Assembly (NCBI GenBank): GCA_964016885.1
Contig: OZ024741.1
Span: 34,224,001-34,288,000 of the forward strand
Direction of reading: 5' to 3'
DNA: 64,000 bases
DNA from: Eledone cirrhosa
Taxonomy: Eukaryota
Positions 10,597-21,565 of this stretch are shown one piece after another; position 1 is the first letter of the stretch; each line of letters begins with the position of its first letter. Under the pieces are notes generated by a model. It saw nothing but the letters and a program-made list of their open reading frames with translations, was not told the origin of the DNA and did no database searches. Both the position numbers and the translations under genes were made by a program.

Positions 10597-13130
10597 TCAT
10601 CATCATCATCATCATCATCGTTTAACGTCCATATTCCACGCTTGCATGGGTTTGGACGGGAGTTTTCCCACTTGAGGCAAGAGTGGTTGTCTTGCTCGCA
10701 TAGGACTGTCTGGCGGGTTTTCTACAGCTGGATGCCCTTCCTAACACCAACCACATTTACAGTGTGGGACTGGGAGGTTTTTACCGTGTTACCTACACGG
10801 CCACATTACTGCGTGGACTGGGTGTTTTTTTTGTCGTGACAACTACACGACCTCATTTGTTTCGGCCTGGATGTTGTGGCACCAACATAACTTTACATTG
10901 AAAGGGGCGGTGTGGATGGGGTGGGGGTGGTGGGACGGGGGTGTATTTTGTTAGAGGTGCCTACTGACTGTAGTAGGTTTTACTTTGTATTTAGGTAAGG
11001 CGGGTCTTCTCTATTACTGAGTACCGCCAAAGATCTTGGAGAGGTGTAAGTGTGTGAGGTCAGAATTTATCAAGTCGTCCCAGGTTTTTCTTGGTCTGCC
11101 TACTCCATGGCTACCGTCTATCTTTATTGCCCAGCACTTTTTTATACAGCTGTCGTCTTTCATGCGCATCACGTGACCGTACCAACGTAGCCTTCTCTCG
11201 AATAAACAACATCTGATCCCTCTTATTTCTAATTTTTCCCTTAGTTCGTTTATGCTTTGCCGTTCACGTATATTACTATTACACATCCAGCGGAGCATGC
11301 AAGCTTCGTTCCTCTCTAGTCTGCGTATATCCTCTGCACACAATGCCCAGGTCTCACTGCCATGCAACATAGCTGTTCATATGCAGGCATCATACAACCT
11401 GCCTTTCATTTTTAGGGAGAACCCTGTAGCGTCTAATAGTGGTATAAGCTCTCTGAACTTTTTCCATCCAGTTCTGACTCTAGCTACTGTACTTTCAGAG
11501 CACCCTCCCCCACTGCTGATTTTGTCACCCAGGTAACGGAAGCTGTCCACTGTTTCTATAGAACCCTCTGCGCAATTGAAAGAGCTAGTATTTTGTGGGC
11601 ACTTGCTGCTACTTATTGCACCAGAGCACCGCCCACATGTAAAATCTAAGTTCTTAGTTAGCTTACCTGTGATCCCACTACATCTTTTATGCACCCATAC
11701 TTTGCATTTGGGACATACAATGGAGTTTCTACCAACGCCTTTCCTACACACTGAGCATGGCCATTTCCCGGAAGGGACCGCCGCCTTATTTTCTTTCCTA
11801 CAAACTAGAACTTTAGTCTTAGCCAGGTTAATTTTAAGGCCTTTTGATTCTAGGCCGTGCTTCCATGTTTGGAATTTCTTCTCTAGCTCGGCCATTGATT
11901 CAGCTATGAGCATTAGATCATCTGCGTATAGGAGTTCCCATGGGCAGCCGGTCTTGAACTCCACTGTTATAGCCTGAAGGGCAATAATAAATAGTAGGGG
12001 GCTAAGAACAGAGCCCTGATGAACACCAACTTTTACGCTAAACTCTTCACTATATTCGTTGTTAATTCTAACCTTGCTGACTGTTTCTTTATACATGGCT
12101 TGTATAGCTCTCACAAGCCATTCATGAGCACCTAGTTTTCTAAGAGCCCACCAGATAATGGAACGCGGGACTCTGTCGAAGGCTTTCTCCAAGTCGACAA
12201 AAGCAAAGTATAGGGGTTTACTTTTAGATAGGTACTTCTCCTGTAGTTGTCGTACAATGAAAAGAGCGTCTGTGGTACTTCTTCCTGACACAAACCCGAA
12301 CTGCATTTCATCTAGATCAATTCTCTCTCTGATTAGTTGCGCTATTATTTTTTCCGTGACCTTCATGACCTGGTCGATTAATTTCATGCCTCTATAGTTA
12401 CTCCTATCTAGGGCATCTCCTTTACCCTTGTAACAGTTAATGATGATGCTGCTACGCCAGTCCTTCAGAACAACCCCATTCTGTATGACTTGGTTTACTA
12501 TCCGGGTGACCATGGTGTGTCCCACCGTTCCAGAGGCTTTCAGCATCTCAGCAACTATTTCCGAAGGCCCAGCCGCCTTACCCGTCTTCATATCTTTGAT
12601 TGCCTTACTTATTATACTACCTTCGACTAACACTGCTGGTCCCTCTATTGGGTCGATGTGGGGGAGACTGTCTTTCTCCCATTTATTCTCCTCATTTAGT
12701 AGCCTTTCATAGTGACACTTCCAAGCTACCTTCTTATCAGCGTCAGTGATGGCAAGTACGCCATCATCATTAAGTACACACTTCTCCCCGACAATATCAC
12801 GGTTTTCCTTGACACATTGCCTAGCAATCCTGAACACCTCACGTTTTTGGTCCTCGCGTTGTAGAACATGCTTGAACTTTCTTTCCTCTGCTTCCCTTCT
12901 TGCTAAGTACACTTGTCTCCTAGCTTCCCTCCTGGCCACTTGATAGTCTTCTCTACTTCCCCCATCCCGCCATACTTTCCAAGCCTGCTTTTTGGCCTTA
13001 ATTGACTCCTCCACCTTACTGTTCCACCACCATGTTACTCTCCTCCTGCCTATAGGCCTGCTCCGGCCACAGACTTCGTCTGCCGCCATCAGCAGGTTTG
13101 CTTTCAGGAATTCCCACTGTTCCTCTATAT
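10597..13130 (-). mobile_element. RTE-clade LINE copy B (same family as A), 5'-truncated with no APE domain
   Basis: 570-aa ORF 11377-13089 with intact YADD and a C4HC3 finger. Premature TGA at 11377, small C-terminal deletion, same 3' UTR and (TGA)n tail as A. Confidence 0.96.
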
Positions 13131-13288
13131 TGTACGGTGTATATATATATATATATATATACGTGTGTATAATGGTAGCTATGGTGCTTCCATAAGCGAT
13201 ATGCCAAAATTAGCATTCAAAATTCATACAGAGCAGAGCGGAGCAAATTTTCTCACTGAGGAAGAAAATTTGCTCCGAAGGAACTGCC

Positions 13289-13386
13289 CGTGTCTGAAGG
13301 AACTTGCAGCCGTAGAATCAGCCAGATCCATACAGTAATCATGTCTCGAGCTACCTGCCGGCGAAACAATTGTAACACGCAATAAA
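13289..13386 (+). ncRNA. Type-I hammerhead-ribozyme-like motif (Penelope pLTR type) followed by AATAAA
   Basis: Stem I CGTGT(13289)/ACACG(13375), core CTGAAGGA (deviates from CUGANGA), long stem II region, GAAA(13363), palindromic stem III CAATTG, GUA triplet 13372-13374, AATAAA at 13381. The surrounding element is bounded by (TA)n tracts. Confidence 0.62.
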
Positions 13387-13496
13387 CTGAGTCCAGATTC
13401 ATCACTGACTTTTCGTTTTTTTATACTATATATATATATATATATATACACAACCCTTGCTAGCAGGGAAAGCGATGTTAAAATGTTGAAGATGAT

Positions 13497-13497
<1 letters not shown>

Positions 13498-13528
<31 letters not shown>

Positions 13529-14933
13529 TTTACGTCCGCTTTTCCCTGCTTGCAAGGGTGGGATGGGTCTTATTCAGCACAGCATCTCTCCACTCGTCAC
13601 GGTCCTTCGTCATCTCCACCGTGAGCTTCAATGATCTGAGGTCTGTCCTCACCACCTCCGCCCATGTTTTTTGTGGTCTACCTCTACCACCTCTTCCTTC
13701 AACTGGCATTTCCTGGCACTTCTTCACCCATCGGTCATCCTCCATGCGCATCACATGTCCATACCACCTGAGTCTCCTCTCCCGTACACTACATTCTATC
13801 CCTCTCAGACACAGTTTCTCTCTCAACACATTTATGCTGGGTCGTTCACGCACATTTAAACTGCACATCCAACGGAGCATGCTTGCCTCATTTCTCCCCA
13901 GCCGTCGCATATCCTCTGCAGTTGCTGCCCATGTCTCACTACCATGCAGCATCGCGCTCCTCACACAGGCATCATACAACCGGCCTTTCATACGCAGGGA
14001 GAAACCCTTCTTCGTCAACAGGGGAAGCAGCTCCCTAAACTTCTTCCAACCTGTCCTTATTCTAAATACTATGGCCTCGGAACACCCTCCTCCCATGCTA
14101 ATCTGATCTCCTAGGTACCGGAAGCTATCCACCACTTGTATAACGCCCTCCTGCATCTGAAAAATGTGTCTATCAATGCGACTTCTACTGTCTAATTTCC
14201 CTGTACATCTACTGCATACATATTTCTCCCTACCTGTTAGTTTGCCTGCTATCCCGCTACATCTCTTGTGTACCCAGGATCTGCATTGTGTGCATTTTAT
14301 AGAATTTATGCCAGTTCCTTTTCTGCATATCTAACATGGCCATTTCCCTGACGGAATCAGGGTTTTGTCCTCTTTTCTACTCATCAACACTTTTGTCTTA
14401 GCTAGGTTCACTCTCAGTCCTCTTGCTTCCAACTGTTGTTTCCATAGCCAGAATTTATTCTCTAGCTCCTCTACTGATTCTGCTATAAGAACCAGATCGT
14501 CAGCATAGAGATGTTCCCATGGACAGCCAGTCTTAAACTCCTCTGTTATGGCTTGGAGGACTATAATGAACAAGAGCGGGCTGAGGACCGAACCTTGATG
14601 TTCTCCTGCTTGTATCTGGAATTCCTCACTAAACTCCATTCCTACCCTGACTTTACTGAGAGTATCTCTGTATAAAGTTTGCACTGTCCTCACAAGCCAT
14701 TCCTCAACACCTAGCTTCCTTAGGGACCACCAGATGACAGATCGGGGTACCCTATCAAAGGCCTTCTCTAGGTCAACAAAGGCTAAGTATAGTGGCTTAT
14801 TTTTCTCTGAGAACCTCTCTTGCAATTGTCTCGCCAAGAAGAGGGCATCTGTTGTACTCTTCCCAGGCACAAAACCAAACTGCATCTCATCTAGTTTGAC
14901 CCTTTCTCTAATTAGTTGTGCTAATATCCTTTC
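13498..14933 (-). mobile_element. RTE-clade LINE copy C (different family), 5'-truncated
   Basis: RT with YADD, GKWPC finger, internal stop at 14331. The ORF runs almost into the (TGA)n tail. The 5' end abuts (TA)n. Confidence 0.94.
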
Positions 14934-15329
14934 TATATATATATATATATGTGTGTTTGGCGTGCATATACACACACGTGTATATATCAATATATATATA
15001 TAGTGTGTGTGTACGTGTATATGTCAACACACACACACACACGCATATATATATATATATATATATATATGCGTGTGTGTGTGTGTATGTCATCTGCAAA
15101 TTACCACTGACATTGATCACCAATAACAATGGAAAAGACTCAGATCAATATTTTCAGAAACCATGTTTACCAAAACCACTAGATACTGTAGCAGTAGTGC
15201 AGACATTATGGTGGTAGTGCTGCTGCTAATACTATTAGTAGTAGCAGTAGCAGTAATTGTAGTAATAGTCTTGCTATAGTTGCAGTGTGTAAAATTTTGC
15301 CTCTCATTTTATACACATGGTTGCTTTAA

Positions 15330-15537
15330 CCCTTTACCGTTTTATCTGGCCAGAATTCTCTTACATCTTTCTGTTCAAAGCGGCCGCAACCGACCACTCA
15401 TACTGATGTTAAGGTATTGTTCTCAAAATAAATATCAAAATCTCATAGATTGGTTATTATGTGAGATAATTATGTAAGATAAAGACTTTACCACGAAAAT
15501 ACAATAGTATATATAGAGTAATGTAAATGCTAAAGAG
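15330..15537. mobile_element. TTAA-flanked MITE, uninterrupted paralog of 6606-8113 in opposite orientation
   Basis: TTAA|CCCTTTA ... TAAATGCTAAAGAG|TTAA. The interior matches the reverse complement of 7944-8113 joined to 6606-6634. Confidence 0.88.
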
Positions 15538-15587
15538 TTAATATGTGTGTATGTATATACATGTGTGTGTGTGTGCGTATGTATATA

Positions 15588-15632
<45 letters not shown>

Positions 15633-15771
15633 ATGTATGTATATATATATGTGTGTATGTATGTATATATATATGTGTGTGTGTATGTATATATATGTGT
15701 GTGTGTATACATATATATGTGTATGAGTATACATATATATGTGTGTGTATATATATATATATACATATATA

Positions 15772-15835
<64 letters not shown>

Positions 15836-15836
<1 letters not shown>

Positions 15837-16504
15837 TGGGCGCTGTCTGTGGAAGACTTGCGTAGATTAGAAAGAAACGAAGCCTGCATGCTCCGATGGA
15901 TGTGTAATAGTAATATACGCGAACGGCAAAGCATAAATGAATTGAGAGAGAGATTGAGCATAAGAGGAATCAAATGCTGTGTGCAAAAGAGGCGGTTGCG
16001 TTGGTATGGACATGTGATGCGTATGAAGGATGACAGCTGCATAAAAAGGTGCAGAGCACTAGAAGTCGATGGAAACCGCGGAGTGGGGAGACCCAAGAAA
16101 ACCTGGGATGAGGTGATAAAAGTCGACTTTACTCAATTACACCTCTTAAAGGCGATGACACACGACCGTGACCTCTGGCGTCACGCAGTAGTACAGAAGA
16201 CCCGACCCCCCACGGGTACAAGCTGAAGCATATAGACAATATGCCCCCACACCCTCCCACTACAAAGTGTTCGTGGAGGTGCCACGGCAAAAAAGCACCC
16301 AGCCCACACTGTAAAGTGGACATGTAGGCGCCACGGAAAAAAAGCACCCAGTGTTAGGAAGGGCATCCAGCTGTAGAAATCAAGCCAGAATTAGTTGTCG
16401 TATGAGCAAGGCATGGTCAGCCGACCGGACACTGCCCACAACAGGACAACCCGTCTAACCCATGCTAGCGTGGAAGAACGGATGTAAAACGGTGATGATG
16501 ATGA
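15836..16504 (+). mobile_element. RTE LINE 3' fragment D inserted in (TA)n
   Basis: [23 protein letters not shown]...[12 protein letters not shown], stop at 16226, 3' UTR and (TGA)n tail. Confidence 0.93.
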
Positions 16505-16537
16505 TATATGTGTGTGTGTGTATATAAATATATATAT

Positions 16538-16678
16538 GAGACCCGGGTTCAATCGGGGGTAAGCACAGTAAGTAAGGTACTCAATACATTAGTAGTATAT
16601 ATATACAAAATTTAATATAGAAATGGCTTCTACGGTACTAGAACTGTTTCATTCAAAGGAAATCAATACCGAAGTAGA
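16538..16678 (-). mobile_element. Penelope-pLTR-like fragment with a decayed hammerhead (same family as the 28.1 kb and 58.2 kb copies)
   Basis: Minus strand reads CTTCGG-TATTGA-TTTCCTTTGAAT-GAAA-CAGTTCTAG-TA-CCGTAG. Shares TAAGGTACTCAATACAT with the 58.2 kb copy and GGCTTCTAC..ACTAGAACTGTTTCATT with the 28.1 kb copy. Confidence 0.55.
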
Positions 16679-16684
16679 GTTTAA

Positions 16685-16840
16685 ATATTCATTTTATTAA
16701 GGCTAAATAATGAGTCTTGTTACTCTGGAGTTCCGTCTGTTTATCACAGTGTCATCAGACATTCTTGTCTGATGACACTGAGAAGCAGGCAAAACTCCAG
16801 AGTAACAAGACTCTCTATTTAACCTTAATAAAATGAATAT
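16685..16840. mobile_element. Fold-back element carrying two divergent hammerhead-like motifs
   Basis: Imperfect palindrome with apex near 16763. The + arm reads TCTTGT-CTGATGA-stem II-AAAA-CTCCAGAG-TA-ACAAGA and is followed by AATAAA. The - arm has CTGATGA...GGAA-CTCCAGAG-TA-ACAAGA. Confidence 0.7.
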
Positions 16841-16903
16841 ATATATATATGGTGATGAATTTGTTTTGCAAGGTTTTTGATATGAAATCATGTGTCGAAA
16901 TAA

Positions 16904-17395
16904 ATATTGTTATATTTGGGGAGGGTCATATTATAATATTGCCAGAAATATACAATAAAAAACACTCACTGTTCGGTTTGGGTTGGTTTTCGCTTCCATA
17001 TATTTGATATCTCTATAGTTAATTTAGCTGACAATCAATGTTTATCGTTGATTGACCAACAGTTAAAATATGCTAGCGTGGAAGATAGACGTTAAACGAT
17101 GATGATGATATATATGTAGTCTCTCAAAGTTCTTTCATCACACATGTGACATCATCAGTGGTACTATTATGTCACAAGTGTGTGATGAAAGAACTTTGAG
17201 AGACTATATATATATTTATACCTATATTTTTAACTGTTGGTCAATCAATGATAAACATTGATTGCCTGCTAAATTAACTATAGGGATATAAAATATACAG
17301 AAGCGAAAACCAACCCCAACCAAACAGTGAGTGTGCTTTATTGAATATTTTTTGGCAATATTATAACAATATGACCCTCCCCAAATATAACAATA

Positions 17396-17396
<1 letters not shown>
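16904..17396. repeat. About 170-bp diverged inverted repeat pair (16904-17071 and 17224-17396) enclosing an RTE tail and a second palindrome
   Basis: The arms are reverse complements with scattered mismatches. The left arm is preceded by GTGATGA...CGAAATAAATATTGTT, a decayed hammerhead-like motif. Confidence 0.85.
17117..17206. repeat. About 36-bp-arm palindrome with a hammerhead-like core at the apex
   Basis: TAGTCTCTCAAAGTTCTTTCATCACAC.. pairs with ..GTGTGATGAAAGAACTTTGAGAGACTA. Minus strand reads CTGATGA-TGTCAC-ATGT-GTGAT-GAAA. Stems I and III are not recoverable. Confidence 0.75.
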
Positions 17397-17437
<41 letters not shown>

Positions 17438-17441
<4 letters not shown>

Positions 17442-17633
17442 AAAGGTATCCAGCCATAGAAACCAAGAATAAACAAAAGAAGTATCATGAGTAAGAGATG
17501 GCCAGTTAGCCTCATTACATGACAATATAATATATATTCTTCACATTGTCATGTAATGAGGCTAACTGGCCATCTCTTACTCATGATACTTCTTTTGTTT
17601 ATTCTTGGTTTCTATGGCTGGATACCTTTCCTA
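17438..17633. repeat. Perfect 89-bp inverted repeat with 18-nt spacer, adjacent to (TA)n
   Basis: 17438-17526 is the exact reverse complement of 17545-17633 (checked by hand). It includes an old RTE-type tail motif GGAAAGGTATCCAGCCATAGAAA. Confidence 0.95.
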
Positions 17634-17649
17634 ATGCCAACCACTTTAC

Positions 17650-18960
17650 AATTTGTTATAACTTACAGAGTTGGCTGGATACATAATACAATTTCCTTTT
17701 CTTCCTGAGAGAGTGAAACACTTTGTAGCCAGCAGAGGTAGTAGCTCCCTGAAACCCCCCCCCCTTTTCTCACTCTCGCTACTGTTCTTTTGGAACACAC
17801 TCTCCCACTACTTATTAAATCACATAGGTAGCAGGAGCTCTCAACCACTTCTAAGGAGTCTTCAGAGCATTTGGTAGTGTCTGTTCTGTGTGGGTACTTG
17901 CTGCTTATTGCTCATGTGCACTTGCCACATCATAGCTACATCTCTTGTGTTTATACACAGTATGGAATTTCTGCCAGCTCCCTTTTTACATATTGGCTAT
18001 TTTCCTCGAGACATCAAGGCTCTGTAATCTTTCCTACTTACTAGGACGTTAGTCTTAGCCAGGTTGACTTTCAGGCCATTTGATTTTAGGTTTTGCTTCC
18101 AAGTCTGGAATTTCTTCTCTAGTTTCACAGCTTATTCACCTGTGAGAACTAGGTCATTTGCATACAGGAGTTCCCATGAGCAGCCAGTCTTAAACACCTT
18201 TGGTATAGACTGGAAGACTATAATAAACAGATAAGGGATAAGGACAGAACCTTTGTGGCCACCCATCCACATGCTGAATTCCTCACTATACTTATTGTTA
18301 CTTCTCCCTTTACTGTCTGCCTTTCTGTACATGGCTTGTACAACCTTCACAAGCCACTCATCTACCCCTAGTTTCCTTAGAGCCCACAGGATTATGGAAC
18401 AAAGCAGTGTCAAAAGCTTTCTTGACATCAACAAATGTTAGGTGGTGGAGCTTACCCATAGCTAAATACTTCTACAGTTGTCTCACATAGACGATAGCAT
18501 CACTTATACCTCTACCCAGCACAAAACCAAACTATTTCTCGTCTAGATCAACTAAATCCTTAATCAGTTGCACTTTCTGTAATTTTCATAACTTGGTTCA
18601 TTAGTTTGGTGATATAGTTTCCCCTGTCTAGAGATCTCTCATGCCCTTGATGATGCTGCTACGCCAGTCATTAGGTATGACACCACCTTGTAATATCCGA
18701 TTTACAATATTTGTGGTTAACATGTGGCCCACCATCCCAGATGCTTTCAGCATCTCTGCAAGTATCCTTGATGGTCCAGCTGATTTTCTGCTTTTCACAG
18801 CCTTAATTACCTTACTTACTACAATTACCTGCATCTAATTTCGATGGCTGGTCCCTCTGTTGTGTCTCCTTTGAGCAGAATATCTTCCTCCCATGCATTC
18901 TTCTCATTCAACAGTCGCTCATAATAGCCCTTCCACACTTCTTCTCTCTAACAACATCCT
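17650..18960 (-). mobile_element. Old, heavily decayed RTE LINE E
   Basis: Fragmentary frames: WALRKLGVDEWLV, FKTGCSWELLYAND, AGPSRILAEMLKASG. Many frameshifts. Confidence 0.9.
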
Positions 18961-19048
18961 GAGAGAGAGAGAGAGAGAGCAGCCGGTAATATTAGTGAAA
19001 CTTCAAAGTAAACAGTACCATTAATAATATATAAATCTCTCTCTCTCT

Positions 19049-19084
<36 letters not shown>

Positions 19085-19407
19085 GGCTTAGTGGTTAGAG
19101 CATTGGGCTTGCAATCGAAAGGTTGTGAGTTCAATTCTCAGACCGGGTGATGTGTTGTTTCCTTGAGCAAGACACTTTATTTCACGTTGCTCCAGTTTAC
19201 TCAGCTGTAGAAATGAGATGATAGGGACTGGGGTCCCTATCATTCCACTGCAAAGTGGTCGTGGAGGTGCCACAAAAAAAAAGCACCCAGCACTCACTGT
19301 AAATGAGGTTGGTGTTAGGAAGGGCATCCAGCTGTAGAAATCAAGCCAGAATCAGTTCCTGTCCCACCCTTGCAAGCAGGGAAAAGCGGACGTAAAATGA
19401 TGACGAT
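19085..19407 (+). mobile_element. tRNA-derived SINE with RTE-derived 3' tail
   Basis: A box GGCTTAGTGG, B box GAGTTCAATTC, core CCTTGAGCAAGACACTTTATTTCAC, 11-bp hairpin near 19218-19243, tail shared with the LINE D and LINE C ends. Confidence 0.88.
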
Positions 19408-19514
19408 ATTATGATAATCATAACTATAATAAAGGAAGGAGTGCAGGACTGCGTCCCGAATATATTTTTTTTTATCCCGTTGGTAAAATAAGTTAGATTA
19501 CTTTGAATAAATAA

Positions 19515-19702
19515 TTGTGTCTACTTTTGGCACAAGGCCAGCAATTACCCAGTGTATTACTGGTACTTTATTTTATTGACCCCATAAGGATGAAAGGCAA
19601 AGTTAACCTCGGCGGGATTTGAACTCAGAATGGCAAAGGCCGTAACTTTGTGCGTCAAAGCATGGCGTCCGACCCTCTACCGATACTGTCAATCCACTGC
19701 CC
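19515..19702 (-). mobile_element. tRNA-derived SINE, family 2 (GCCTTTCATCCTT..GGGTC.ATAAAAT core)
   Basis: B box GAGTTCAAATCCC on the minus strand. The family recurs at about 25880, 26860, 31850, 31980, 35135, 36055-36545, 47700, 50160, 50330, 55505 and 57075. Confidence 0.88.
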
Positions 19703-19850
19703 TGTTTGAATAAATAAATAATGAATGAATATTACATAATTTATATACTAAATTTTGTAGCTGTTGATTAAACAAAGATTCTTATATATAATGATTGCTT
19801 ATTTTAAGATTCACTTTTAAAATTTTCAAATGTCTACACTTCCGGTTAGC

Positions 19851-20516
19851 CTTCATTTGGATAACGATAGCCTGCGCATCGGCTTTTCCTTGAGGCTTGG
19901 CCTCCGGATCTGCGAGCCACACTAATGTCGCTGTGGATCCACCGTGGACTCTTTCAGACTCCACGCGCTTTCCTGTTGCCACAGTGCCGGCCGCCTTCCA
20001 CGTCATGCTGCCCTCAACGAGGTCATTAAGCATGGCTTGAACGCTGCAGGCTTCCCCTCCCAGCTCAAGCCAGTGGGGCTGGACTGAGGGGACGGCAAAA
20101 GGCCAGACGGTATGACCATCTTCCCGTTCCGCGGTGGCGAACCCCTCATTTGGAATGCCACTTGCAGCGACACTTTCTCCAGCCGCAACCTGGTGCAGTC
20201 TGCGACTAACCCAGGTATTGCTGCACGTTCGGCTGAGGAGACCAAACTCTCCAAGTACCGGTCACTCTCCGACAGGTTCGCGGCCGTGCCCTTGGCAGTG
20301 GAGACTTCCGGTGTCCTTGGCTCTAGGGCTACCTCCCTATTCCCCACCATAGGCGCTGAGCTAGCCAGCCGCAGGTGTGAGCCTCACGAGTCGGAATGGC
20401 TCTTCCAGCGCATTTCACTTACTATCCTCCGGGGAAACGCCTTCTCCATCCTGTCCGCCGGGGCTGTGGGGAGGCCAGCACGTGGGACCCCATTTGCTCA
20501 CCATACGGATTCATAA
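19851..20516 (+). mobile_element. CRE-clade non-LTR retrotransposon 3' relic (zinc knuckle plus restriction-like endonuclease)
   Basis: One frame reads [58 protein letters not shown] with two in-frame stops. These motifs are typical of CRE-type RLE domains. Confidence 0.82.
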
Positions 20517-21256
20517 CACTTATTACATTGCTTATATAAACATCCATATATTGCATCGTTATATAAAGTTTCATTACATTTCACCGTAATTCAGTTTATA
20601 TATTATATCGTCTTTTTTAAATGTATCCCGGATTACTTTACTGATTACAGAAAAGAGTGTAACACAGTCTCTTTTCAATTTCTGTGCATATTGTCAATTA
20701 TGATATTATTTGACATATCATATCACATGCATATATATTTGCATATAATATAAATATGCACACTACACATGCTAGCAGAAAACTACCCAAAGGGTGGTTT
20801 TTCTGCTAGTAATAATAATAAAAGAACGATTTGTTATATCTTCATTACATTTATTGAGTAGTGACGCACGTTTTGCTATTGATCATCTCAAGGTTCGATC
20901 TGTATCGATCTAGCCCGACTCTGGAATCAAAAGCTCGTCGGACTTCTGCTGTGGTAATGACAGATTGAACCTGTAGGGCTTAGAAAGGTCTATAACAATT
21001 CACATTCATTTATGGTGGTCAGTTACTGTTTTGATTGGTGGTTTTGCTATAAGGAATGTTTTGGTATGTGTGATAGGTGGGGGGGGGGGTCATATGAAGA
21101 GGTGTTGGTGGGGAGCGATGGTTGGTGTGAGCTGCGGAGGTGTGGTGTTTTGGCTGTTTCATAGACATTGTGGCATATATGTGGTGAGGCGAGGATGGTG
21201 GGTGTGGGTGTGGAGGTGGTTATGTGTGATGGGAGATGAAAGAGTGTGGTGCACAT

Positions 21257-21298
<42 letters not shown>

Positions 21299-21303
<5 letters not shown>

Positions 21304-21565
21304 GTAGTTCCACAACAGTTCACCATACCGAGAACAAATGTTTCACCTTACGCGGATTCTCAGCTCGGTCTAAATGAAGTTGCACAGAAAAGGAAAAACA
21401 ACCGTTTCTCCTTTTCCACACAACTTCATTTAGACCGAGCTGAGAATCCCCATAAGGTGAAACATTTGTTCTCAGTATGGTGAACTGTTGTGGAACTACT
21501 TCTACCAAACTCGTCCTATGGACTGAGTGCTCTACTACTACGGATTTAATCCTCCAGTGTTCTAC

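Noticed and set aside
9144-14106. + strand ORFs opposite the RTE copies
   Set aside because: Antisense shadows of RT coding sequence.
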